Shown here one piece after another: positions 25,122-49,600 of a stretch of 64,000 nt of DNA (its first letter is position 1; each line of letters begins with the position of its first letter). This DNA is from Lingula anatina. Taxonomy: Eukaryota > Animalia > Brachiopoda. The notes below the pieces were generated by a model. It had not been told where the DNA came from, did not search any database, and was given only the letters and a program-made list of their open reading frames with translations. The stretch covers positions 8,618,001-8,682,000 of the forward strand of contig CM120640.1 in assembly GCA_051362555.1 (NCBI GenBank), given 5' to 3'. The position numbers and the translations under genes are program-made.

Positions 25122-28100
25122 TTAGTCAAATTTTTCCCTCAGTTTCTTCTTAAAGACCACAGGCAGCAGAGAGAGGAGAGCAAGTACAGCCAGGACTATC
25201 ACAGAGGTCCAGGACAGGGCATCTTTGGAGGATGTCAACTGGTGAAGTGTTGTCCCAGCTTGTATAGCTACTACTGAAGGAGGAGCTACTCCTGTAAAAT
25301 ATTGGAAGACAAACCTTTAATTAAACACTGATATAATTCTTGTTTCATAAAAATCACATTTGAAACAAAGAAAAAACAAGTTTTTTTCTCAGACCCAGTA
25401 TCTTGTGTACTATACAAAAAATTTTTCTGAACATACTCACCTATGAAGGTGCCTACGAAAAAAGGTAGTAGGGGTACACCTATTACTGGAGAGGTAATGT
25501 TTATAAACCAGTTAGGCAGGAATGGTGTTATCCTCAGAAATATGATGTAATTCAAAAGATGCTCCCTATGCCTTATGACCTGGAATGAATAGTAATTTAC
25601 TGACAGGTACTAGGATTCCAACCACTGCCCATTTACTGCAATAATGAGAAGAAAGTCTACATAATAACACAGTTATTTTCACGCAATGTTTGTCATTTAC
25701 TTTATTTCTCTTTTTTTTTAAATCCTCTTCATCATTAAGTCTAATGGTCTTAAATAAAGGAAAAGGTTTTAAAATCTTGTAAAAACACACTCTCAACACA
25801 AAGGCCAATCTGGCAATAGTTCAACTTACATGACTCTTCCACTCTGCCACTCTCTCTGGTATGTATTTTTGCACCAGTTGTCTCCCCACAAGGTAGGAGA
25901 GCAAATAACAGAATGATGCACCTATACCTGAGCACTAGAATTCAATAAAAATTAGCGATAATGTCAATTAGACTGAAATAACTTTTTGTTTGTTGGTTAA
26001 ATAACTAATATTACTAAACTAAGAAAAAAATATTTTTAAATCAAAATGACATTTTAGTTCAAAAGGATTTCAAAGATAATGTCTGGATTACAATTTGATA
26101 CAACTTTTCTATAATTTTTTGAAATTATTCAAAATAATAAGCATATAATATTGTTGGAGTTTACTTTTTAAAATATTCAATCATTTGTTTAAATCCGCAT
26201 AGTTAAAGATTTTAGTTCATGTATATTTTAATAACAGAAATTATGGCATTATGATCGATGTTCCAATAATAACAGCAACTGGTTTTTAAGCTTACCATAC
26301 AAACTGTAAATAATGACAGGTAATAAGGAAATAAATATCCCGAGAGAATACTAAGGAATATGGACCCTGGTATTGCAAAGGATTGCAAACTGATGTTCTG
26401 TTAAGGTTCATGATGAATAATACGGCTGCATAAAAGAAGCCATATCAGTGTAACAGACATGAATAAATCAACAAACTTCAATTACCCTTATTAAATGTAT
26501 AAATATTAATCTCAAACAAGATTAATCTTTCTTAAGTTTCAAAAGCTCGCCGTCAATTGGTAACTAAGTTTTACATTAATTCTCCTAATATCAACACAAG
26601 TGATAATGTTCTTTTAAAGGATACAAAATATATGTTACAAAATAGCCAAAGAAAACACTATAAAAGTGCCTGTCTGTATATTTGTCCAACACTCTGCCTA
26701 AATTCTTGGCATCTTCAATATCTCGTGGTAGCTTGATATGTCTGAGTTCATCTCTGAATATAAAATATCTTACTCAATACTGGCCAATCACCATTATCAA
26801 GTCATTTTATTAAAAACAGTTAACACAAAGCAAGATTTTGAACTTATAAAAAAGAGTACTATGATATTCATATTTTCCTCATTAAGTAAAAGAACAGTTC
26901 AAGAATTAACATATATCAAGCACTATATCATCAGCTATATAAAACTAATATTTAATAATCTAACAATATCTTTCAATGAAAATATCCTTACTCTTGCATT
27001 TTAGGGAAATTGAAATAAACCATCAGTAAAGCTACCAGGGATGACAAGAAAATAAGAGCAAGTAAAATGAAGGACTTTGTTGTGCTATCCTCTTCAGCTG
27101 CTTCTTTTGATGCTTCACTGGAATCAACATGATCAACTGAAAAAGAAAAAAAAGTATAATGGATGCATATTTAACATAAATATCACCTGATAGTGCCCCA
27201 GACATTTATCAAGATTTACATGTAGTTGCATGGAGTTTTTCAAAATGTTATAAAAAACAAATAACCCCTTCATTGCATACATTTATAAGTCTTTTCTCAC
27301 AAAAATCAATATAAAAGAAAGGCATTTATTTTAAAATCCTATTAAAGGCACAAAGTGTAAATCAAAAACTAATTAGTCATTTTATCAAATGAATTATGCC
27401 AGGCTTAATCCTAGCCATTTAATCAAAGAACAAGCATATGCAAGCAAAAAATAAATAAATAAATAAATGAATAAATAAATAAATAAAGTAAAAATATTAG
27501 GACCTAAATGTTAAAGAATGGTATTTCTTTGAGAATAATGCATACTATTTAATGAAGAGACTCACTAAACAGAACACATGAAAAGCTCATTCTTAGAAGT
27601 TAGAAGAGTAAGATGTTCCATATAAAAAATGTGCATTAGTTTTTTTTTCTCAACAAAGCAATATTACATGTATACTACTGTATCAATTCTACAGAAGATG
27701 AACAAAGGGTAAGTATTTGGCAAGACGTGTGTAAACTTTGTGAAGGGTAAAATTTTTGCAATTATCAAAATATTAAGAAATATAATTTTGAGATATATAA
27801 ATTCATTTAATTTTTAAAAGTATAATAAAATGGGAATAAACGTTAAGCTGGGCTGTTGAAGATGTCACAAGTGTATCGCCCTCATCACGAAACGGGGGGC
27901 AGGATTCCTGGGTAACAAAACCTCCCATTCACTCGATTTAAAGCCAGATGTTGTGCATATCCAATTTACTGAATTGGAAACGTATCGACTTGGGGTGATC
28001 AGGAATAGCTAGTGCAGGAAATGATTATTAGTAATCAAACTACATGTGAGTAAATCCTCTACAGATTCTTCCTATACATTCCACTAGTGCTTACACGGCC

Positions 28101-28344
28101 ACTTCAGGTGACTTTTCTTGATAGGTGAACTCAGTATACTTTTAGTGTGCTCGGTCGCGCTTTTCCACTCCTGTGAAATTTCATCTCTTGTTAATCTATA
28201 GCTTGAAAATGGTAAGTTGTATCTCTGGGGTAGTGATGTTCTTGGGGTGGCCCCAAGAGGGCTTGCTGGGTAACTACCTGCGTCATATTTTTGTTTTCTT
28301 GGTGAGGCCTTTGAACCGGATTCAGCTTTCGTGGACGCCGCCAT
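25122..28344 (-). CDS. TMEM41B: TMEM41B/stasimon (DedA/VTT-domain ER lipid scramblase), ~343 aa, 7 exons
   Basis: Exons 28095-28344, 26992-27136, 26625-26753, 26296-26389, 25830-25934, 25441-25579, 25122-25291 (1032 nt). Motifs PRDIEDAKNLG, YIFLQSFAIPGSIFLSILSGYLFP, GASFCYLLSYLVGR, NYIIFLRITPFLPNWFINITSP, GVAPPS, C-terminal LREKFD*. Confidence 0.93.
26390..26624 (-). other. U12-type (minor spliceosome) GT-AG intron of TMEM41B
   Basis: Donor GTATCCTTT at 26624-26616. Branch-point CCTTAAC at 26406-26400, ~10 nt before the CAG acceptor, with no polypyrimidine tract. Confidence 0.92.
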
Positions 28345-28620
28345 CTTGACATTGGAAATGAGCCTTTGTTGGTGGAAAACTGTACATTCAATATTCGTAG
28401 ACTACACAAATGAAATATAAAATACTGTCAGTAATATTTGAATTTTATTACTTTTTTTCAGATAACAGTTATGATTAATTATCTTACTAATTTACTCGCA
28501 CAATACTTCGCGAGATCTCGACTTGAATCAATATGGAGTCGAAGAGAGTGGAGACATGTAAACAAAATAGATCTTTGCATTTACGCTACGTGGTATAACA
28601 TTTTGTGGGAGTTTTGTAAG
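28337..28620. promoter_or_regulatory. Putative bidirectional promoter between TMEM41B and TTLL1
   Basis: Head-to-head genes. YY1-type AAGATGGCGGC overlaps the TMEM41B ATG (28347-28337); TCGCGAGA plus palindrome CGAGATCTCG at ~28508-28520; candidate TTLL1 5'UTR donor gtaagt at 28616 and acceptor at 29239-29240. Confidence 0.5.
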
Positions 28621-28796
28621 TATTCATATGAACATGGTATCAAAACCATACAGAATTGCTCATTGGGAATATTGAAAATGCATATGTATCAAATCAAGTA
28701 CCAATAATCATAATCTAGCTACAGTACCTGTAGTGCAACTGCAAATCGCAAGTTAACTTGTTATATATGTTAACACCAACAAGGCAACAACCCCCT

Positions 28797-28921
28797 TAGG
28801 CCCGTAGCCATCAATTTCAAAAGGGAAAGGGGGTTCTTTTTTCTGACCTTTTCCCAGCAAAAAGGGGGATTCTTTCGAATCCCCCCCCCCCCCCCCCCCC
28901 CCCTCTCCGGCTACAGGCCTG
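28797..28921. mobile_element. Short MITE-like element
   Basis: Imperfect TIRs aggcccgtagcc (28798-28809) / ggctacaggcct (28909-28920) around a poly-C tract; no TSD seen. Confidence 0.55.
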
Positions 28922-29181
28922 GCCTTAGCATTAATTAAAAAGAAAATCGTCAATGGAAGTGCTAATGCATGAATTTTCCTGCTAGCCTGGCCCTCCTCCA
29001 TTCATTTGGGTTATCAATGATTTTCAGTGAGTAATCATGCATGAAATTAAGGTTTATCGTTATTTCTTTATTATTATTGATTTAACCGTCGCCTCAGTTT
29101 TCGGCCTTACATACTATACAATGTACAAGTAGGTACCTTGGACCCTTACTGCACTGCAGTAAGGTTATACCTAGCATGTAA

Positions 29182-41188
<12,007 letters not shown>

Positions 41189-43020
41189 TGCACAGTTGAC
41201 TATACTGAGTTTGTTCAAAGAAAATGTGTGACTGAATGTGAAAATAATTGTCTTAAATTGATTTTTTTAATGTTCAATAATGGCCAGTGTGAAATTAATT
41301 GCTGGGAAACGAGAAATTGAGTTATGCACTTACAGCTGCTAAGATGCCCAGATGAACATCTTCATTTTTAATGCATTATTGAAGTTATGGTCAATTTTAT
41401 ATCAATCAAAAGAATAATTTGCATTTGTGATAGTAGGTCAATTTGTTTTTGAAAGTTGTTTTTATATATATAGAAATTAATTTTTTATAAATTAAGTTAA
41501 AATAAAAAATATCACTGTTCTAAACAGAACAATGATCTCAAGACAGATTACCTTTTTAAAAGCACTCAAAACTTATGGTGTTATGTGACATTCATTGATT
41601 GTCATTTTATTTGACTTATCAGCAACATGGCTAGGTGTGTACATCAAAGTGTTTATAACATAGAAAGCCAAAACGCTACTTTGAGATTCAGTGCTGTGCA
41701 CATAGCAGATGATAAAAAATATCCTTAGCAAACAAATATGAAAATATAGTACAACTGGGGCCTAATATACCCTTTGTTTACATTTAAAGCACCATACATT
41801 GAAATACCTTTGGCATTTACTTCTACAAGGTAAATGTTCCTGATATTGCATGGATCAAATTTTAGACAATATTTCATACCATCTTTCACAACTATTGTTG
41901 GTCACATGTTATCTACTATAAACGCTTATCTAAATTTAGGAAATAATATGGCAAAAAGCATTTACGGTAGGATAATGTTCCATTTTTGGCAAAGTGAGGT
42001 AAATATTGCAAAAAATGCGATTCTCACAAGTACAACTAAATACTTCGACCTCCACACAGGACTTACTTCAAACATTGTGTTCTTTCATAACGTTTTACTT
42101 CATCCCACTTTTAGAAACATAATAATGATATAAAGTTATAACATATCAAGAGGAAAAAATAAATTTAAAATTAAAACAAGCAACATTAAATTACCAAAAA
42201 TAAAGGACAAGAGCTTATTGGTAAGAACTAGTAAGGCTGTGCAGTGCTTTCCATTTATGCAAATTACATTATTTGAATAATAATAATGTGCAATAAGAGG
42301 CAATAATATCAGGCAATTTTCAAAGCTCTTACTGATTAATAGCTGAGGCAGTACCAGGATACATGTAGCACTAAGTGCTCATACAAACATGAAATTAATT
42401 CAGCAGTTAAAACACCCTGAGTTTATTGGAAACTTACCACTATAATTTGTAACTAAAATGGCAGAGACATGCTGATGATAGAAAATCAGGGTTAGTGTCT
42501 ATTGATTATTCAACAATAAAACTCAGGGTGAATACCTAGTTTTATATATGGGATTTTGGTTCTAATTTCCATCAAGAAAAATGCTATTTTCTCCTACTCA
42601 CCAAACATAGCTTATTTGGTGTTTTGTGCCAATTTTAACTTTAACCCCCAAAAAAATTTCAAAAATAACTTAGTTTAAAATGGATCCTGATTTATTATAA
42701 CTGCCATCAGGTAATTTTATTTAAGGGTTTTTATCACTTATAAGGTCCAAATTGGGAAAGATAGGCAACTTTGCAGGGTATTTATTTATAAAAAATATTA
42801 CTCTGGAACATTTTCAAAGGCATAAAGTATACCTTTTAATTATTTCATACACAATACATTGCCAAGCAGTATGGGCATATTATATTAAACAAAGTGCAAC
42901 AGTGAGCTACTGCTGGACTGCCAACTGTCTTATTACTGTTACATCATAAGCTTGAAACCTTTCTTCTGCTTGTGTGAGTGCTCTTTTGGAGAACCATTGG
43001 GAACATGACTGTCAAAATTC

Positions 43021-44265
43021 TTAGGACAACTGCTCAAACCTTTGGTAATTGATGTAGAACACAAGACCATTGATTATGTATGTAGCAATACACACAAGAC
43101 AAAGGTCATGTAGGACAAGGAACAGAACATAAGCCAAATACACAGAGCCTATGATGGCTATGGCTGACGTGTAGAAAAGGAATGATGTCACAATTGCATG
43201 GTCACTCAAACCTGGAAATAAGAAAGAAAGAAAACACTGGATCAAATGTAGTAATAACTTACTGCTGATGTGTATTAACAATAAGGAATTCATGTCACAT
43301 CAATTAATTGTCTTTTTAGAAATGTAAAATCACTGAATTGCAGGCTCACTTGATGTAAAAAAAATTGTATAGAACATAACTTAACATTTTATTCTACTGG
43401 ATAATATTTCACTTGTAATCTTCAGCTCTACAAGCATGCATCTACTGAGTAATTCTAAATAACTCAAAAGCAAGATAATTCCTTTAACTTACAAAATGAG
43501 TATTTTTTTTTTACATTTTAAAAAGTCTACTTTTTACAAAAGAAATACTGTTCACATATACAATATGGACACATTATCTGTCCATCCATATTTTTACCAT
43601 ATGTTTTCTTAAATTGTTACTTACAGAACAACACTATCTGTATAGCATAAAACAATATGCCAAGAATACAGTTGGGCACATTCAGGAAATGATTTTCACC
43701 CACAAGATACCTTACAATCCCAAACCCTTTGCTGTACCTGTCAAGAGATGAATTTAATCAATAAAGATGGTATTTCATCTACCTACATCTTGATATAATG
43801 TACATATACGGTTTCCTTTTTTAGGATAAAAGTAAAGTTTACTGCTATTGTAGAATGCCACTAATTTGCAGATCTAAGAGTGAATTCTAAAAGCTTAATA
43901 TGTACAGTTAAAAGCAAAATAGCAAGATGAAACGTTGGAGCTCAAATCACTCATATATATTACTGTAGTATCCAAGATGTGATTTAATTATTTTCAATTG
44001 TTTAAACCTACAACTGTAAAACATAAAATTGGGTGCATAAAAGTGCAAACACATATTTAGTTGCAAGTCCTTTCCCTAAAATTACTTACTCTGACGTTAA
44101 AACTCTAGAGCAGCTCATGGTTTCCCCTAGATCACAAAATGCCTTATAATTCTTATCTTTATGTTTTCTAATCTCAATATACAGAGCATACGAGGAGACT
44201 AGAATCCCTAAAGCATTGAAGATGATGTGGTCTGTTGCATTAGAAGACAAAATATATCCAGCCAT
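43021..44265 (-). CDS. VKORC1: Vitamin K epoxide reductase (VKOR family), divergent paralog A, ~159 aa, 3 coding exons
   Basis: Exons 44090-44265, 43625-43737, 43021-43211 (480 nt). YKAFCDLGETMSCSRVLTSEYSKGFG, LNVPNC, GSVYLAYVLF, active-site CLVC followed by ATY. Candidate 5'UTR intron ~44290-44883. Confidence 0.9.
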
Positions 44266-45127
44266 TGTAAAGAGTAGTTAAAACAGCACCTGAAATGAAA
44301 TTAGAATTGTTTGAGTCAGCTTAAATGCTCAGTATAATAACGTTGTAAAATATTCACTAATAAATCATAATGTCCAGCATACTTCGACATATGTGTGATC
44401 ACAACGCATGGATGGAGCCTTTTTTTTTTCAAAGAGAACCTGGGGGCAAGGTCTCCCACTCCTTGTTACAGCTAGTGCGAAATGGGAGGGGGGGGGGGGG
44501 GTTACAGGTATCTGCCAGATGTCAGTGCAACTGAAACTGACCATAAGGACTATTTAGTCAATGCATTTAACTGCCATCACATCATACATAGTGTATTAAT
44601 TTGTAATTCAATCAATTAATACTAACGTAAGACAAGAATATTTATGCTCGCACTGCAAACACTTTCTGTAAAAAATCATGAGCGTTTATTGAAACTTGAT
44701 CTTAAACGTTAAAACGTAAACAAACTAACAGTTTAGAGCTCCAACTATTGCCATGTACATGTCACGTACCGTATCTCTTTCTGAACAATGACCACTACTA
44801 AAATAGGTTTCTAACTATGTAATAGTCCTGAAACGTGTAAAATATGGCAAGCTGTGATCACAGAAAACGGAAGAGCCGTTTACCTTTTTCCATCCGTAAA
44901 CACAAACACTGGCACGTGCAGCTGGAACTAATATCGCTTATATCATAACACCATTCCGAGTTATTTTATCATAAATGGCTATGTTTATTGTATAATAATG
45001 CTTAGGATATATAATTTTTACCTAAGTAGTGCCTAAAGCAAACTTTGGTTGGTATTTGTAAACTTGCAATTAATAAAATGAACATTTTATACGATGATTT
45101 ATTGTTGCTGTAAGTGGTCTTTTCAAG

Positions 45128-46139
45128 ATGTCAGCTTCTAGATTGTACACGAGTCTTTTGTTACTCCTTTGCGTTTTAGGTTTTCTAGTGTCAGTTTATG
45201 CCTATCATGTAGAAATCACGAAGGAACGCGATTCATCTTATAGAGCTATGTGTGATATAAGTGCTAAGATTAGTTGCTCGAAAGTATTTACCTCAAGGTA
45301 ACGTTCGCTATCCCAGGCATTTGTTATAATTTTAAAACGCGTGAAGTATACAGTACATGTCGCAACAAGTTCAAGTGAAGTAGTAAACACATTTTTTCAG
45401 AATAATGTTGCAATAGGCCATGCTTTATCACACGTAAAAGTCTTTTAATTTCATTTAAGATGACCATTTATGTAGAATTAACGTTACATTTCTAGAAAGT
45501 TTGATTACAATTGCATTCCCTTTTGTGTTTTTAAGATGGGGCCGTGGGTTTGGTCTTATAGAACTAGTTGTTGGGGACCATCATCACTGGCTTAATCAAC
45601 CCAACTCTGTTTTTGGGATCCTTTACTATATGACTCAGGTTGTGTTGGGAGGTATGTGAAGAATATTGTAATTTTCACATAAATGTATATAAATATGCAG
45701 TTTGGTGGAATGACGTGGACTGCAGTACATTTTTACTGTCGTAAACAGTTCATACAAACATCACCAAAGCATTAATACTGTAGAGAGTTTACTCAAAAGT
45801 AAACAGGAGGCATTGATAATTTGAACTAATAAGCATTATCAGTAGATCATCTGAAATGTAGATGATTGCAATGTAATTTTTTTGTATTTCTTTCTTCTTA
45901 TAGTGTTTTGCCCCACAGTAACTGCTGCCACCATGCAACTGGTGATATCTGTGACTGCCTGCCTTGGGTGTGTCTACCTGGCATATATCCTGTATTTTGT
46001 ACTGGAGGACTTCTGTGTAGTGTGTGTGTCTTCCTATATAATAAATGCAATCATTCTCATTGTGAACATTCTGAATCTGAATCTTGTAAAGTCCAACTCC
46101 AGGAAATCAGAAGGTTCCAGACGAAAAAAGGAGCAATAA
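45128..46139 (+). CDS. VKORC1: Vitamin K epoxide reductase (VKORC1/VKORC1L1-like), conserved paralog B, ~173 aa, 3 exons
   Basis: Exons 45128-45297, 45536-45651, 45904-46139 (522 nt). [47 protein letters not shown]-terminal KKEQ* dilysine motif; AATAAA at ~46231. Confidence 0.93.
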
Positions 46140-46653
46140 AAGCCTATTTGATACATTGTACATGTACAATAACCATTGTCAGAAGTTCTGATTATAAAAA
46201 TATATTTATCTATTTCCATTTATGTTCAATAATAAAAATTTATTCTAAGTATTACCTTATTTGTTAATGAATGTCAGTGGTGAATTTAGAATGCAATCTG
46301 TCAAATAACAAACACCACATTTATTATGCACTGTCATTTTACTGAATGAGTAGGCAGGTATCACACGCACACACATGGACACACAAAAGGAACGTAAGAC
46401 TCAAAATTCTTATGTACTTTCTCTTTGCGCATTATAAATAAGGACCGTAGGAGTAGAACATTTACACAATGACGTTAGGTTTAATAATCAGTATAATATA
46501 ATAATAATAATAATATTTGAATGAAGTGCTACAGTTTTGTCAAGTGAGGTAGATCAATAATTTTTTTCAGTTGTGTCCAGTTTTAAAATCAATTTCTTTT
46601 ATGTTTTTGTCCCAAATGCAAACTCGACCATATCCAGTCAAATAATTGATCAC

Positions 46654-49600
46654 TCATAATTTCAAACATTTGGTCAAGTTTTTGATGTCAGCACCATTTT
46701 CCTCCACTGATTTCATTGACCCAGGAGCCGATTTTTTCTGCTGAGAAATATCTGGGAACAAATTATGTGGAGAGGACATTGGTGTCCCGAGGAAAAAGTA
46801 TGTCTGATTTCAATTTAAATATTCCTTTTTATTTTGACTCATAAATGTACTGAAACTGCAGCAAAGTCAACACATTCCCATTCACCGAGAAAGAACCACT
46901 ATTTGATAATAATTTATTTTTCATATTAAATTAATTCACTATCTCTACAACTAAGACAATTTTTTTAGTAACAGGGAAAATCCTGGAATAACAAATCCAG
47001 CAACCACACTGAAGAAATTTGCTTAATAATACAAACTAACTTTTTTTCCAACAAAATGTCACCCAAACTTGTAAAAGAATTTGCTACAACTTGAAGCAAG
47101 TGCACAAGGAAATGAACATTCTCCTAATCCACTACTTTTAGAAAGTTTATTTTTGTGGATTACATGCTTGATACAAAAAAAAAAAAAAAAGACTGGCTGT
47201 TGCCACAAATCCCAATGTGGTGCAATTTTTCTAAAAGCACGAAATGGGGTTTTAAGTTATAAAATCTTGAAAGAAGTAAAAGCACAAACATAGAAATGAA
47301 AAACGTCCATAACCAGTAAAGGTGAAAAAAATTACAGAAAATGTCTTCCCTTTAAGCACACTTACACTCAAATTTGTTTTGGAATATAATTTGTAGCTAG
47401 ATCACATACTTGGCAAAGGGTTTGAAGCAATCAATGTTTATAAGGTTAATATCATAACCAGTAGCACCAAACAATGTTGAACTGTAGAGACCCTTAAACT
47501 CTCCTCAGTGTAAACATTGTTCACAAGCAATATCTCTGTATGAAAGTATACCATCACAGTAAAGACAGCTTTGAAGCAGTTTTCACCATGCACAGCATGA
47601 TGTATAATATGCAGCTGGCTTTTTCTACAATTAAGGCAAACCCAAGGAGAGATTATGGTTTATCATAAATCCTGAAATACAGGAATGCCAGTCCATTTGT
47701 ATCTTTTAAATATCATGGGAGTGGCAAGTTTCTCCCTACATGTGATATCTATTGTTTCTGCAAGATGCAAAAAAATCTGGCTGGTGAGCTGCCAAAATTG
47801 CACGCATGGAGAATAAAATAACTTTTCATCCAAAGATGTGCTAGGAGTCGCTGTGCTTGGGCAAAAACATGAGTGGAGTCACTTCTGAAAAGGAAATGTA
47901 TCAGAAATAATGTTATGATCTAATTTAATTCAATTGAAAATGATTATTATAACAAAATAAATAAACACTGAGGTCAACACTGAGGTGCATGGACAAGAGT
48001 AATGAAGTGAAGAAAGATCATATAAACAGTATGTTTTATATTTCAGGCATTTTGCTCTGTGCATATATATACATTTAATGAGTTCATTTTATTTTATCCA
48101 TGTCTCAGACTCTAGAGCTAGGGTACTTTCTAAATTCACATTGTTAGAATGATCACACTTTTCACATAGTCTAAATGTCCATATGTTTACTTGTGTCTTT
48201 ATGTTATATAAATATGTCAACTGACTTACTTTGATATTCATCTTCACCAGGTCTTTTTCTAACTCTGCCTTCTTCCCCCCTGTAAAAAAAGAGAGAAGTG
48301 AATAGCCATTTATTAAAAAAAATACTTGGAAAATTTCAAGACATCCACCATACATTTATGAATACTGAAATTACAATTATCTTATAAAAGTCAATTTTCA
48401 AGTAAAAGTAAATTTGAGTTGACACGTACTTGCAAATTGTTTTACCATGATGCACAAATGTCAGCAATCCCAGAACACTAAACCTGAACATTATTCTGAA
48501 ACAAATACTGAAACAATATGCTGAATAAAAAGAGATGGACTAGGTATTTATTCTTGTACTTTTCATTCTGTCAAATTTTACCTTGTAAATTCTGGATGAC
48601 TCATTAGTTGTTGCTGCATTATTTGTGTCTCTTCTATGTGCCTCTGTAAATCTGATTCTGAAGATGGTGGCAAAATATTGGGGATATATCTTGCAAACAA
48701 ATCTGGCTGCAGTTGAGCAAAATCTGAAGAAGAAGTAAGATATACAGCAGTTTTGCACCATTTCAGAAAACATATACAACATCACAAGCAGAAGGGGAAA
48801 AAGGGGGGATTAGCGAATAAGGGCAACTGAGCTTGTGGACTAACTTAATTAAATGTACCTTTAATTGGTAAGATGGTTAAAGAATGTGAAGAGTCTGTGA
48901 AATATCACAATCACCTAAATGTTAATATAGTATCCAATATATGCTGTACAAACCGAACACTATTCCATATTTTGAGAAGATTTATGCCAGGGGATAAGGT
49001 TGTATTTATAACACAGTAGCATTCATATAAAAGTACTATGCATCACTCATAAAAGTTTTCCCAGTGGGCTGCATTAATGTGTTTCATACCATGTTTTAGT
49101 GCATACAGATGATTGACGAGGCTTGCCATAGTAGCTGGAGGAACAGCAAATGGTTTGGACTGAGCTTCTACTAGGAGAGCTGAAAATACATTAAAAAAAT
49201 ACAATTAGAATGAGGAATTTGCCACCTATATCTCACCTGCTGAAAGTAGACACATTAAACATTCATAACTGAATAACTTTATCTTAAATTTCAACAATGT
49301 CATTAAAATCCAAATAAACTTTAGGGTAGATTTATACTGCTAAAAAATTCTTGGAAGTAATGCCCATTACAACATATACAGATGAAATTATTATAGAAGA
49401 AAGTTTTGAAATAGAATGGTTAAAATTTTAATATAGGACAATTCATAGACTTACGTAATAGCATATTAATGTGCTTCTCTGCTACATTGGTTGTAAATAT
49501 TTTTTTCAATTCAACATTAAGATCTGTCTTCAGTTTACTTTCTATGTAAAAGCGATTCTGAAAACAACACATTTCAAAATTAATATTATCAAACATTTTA

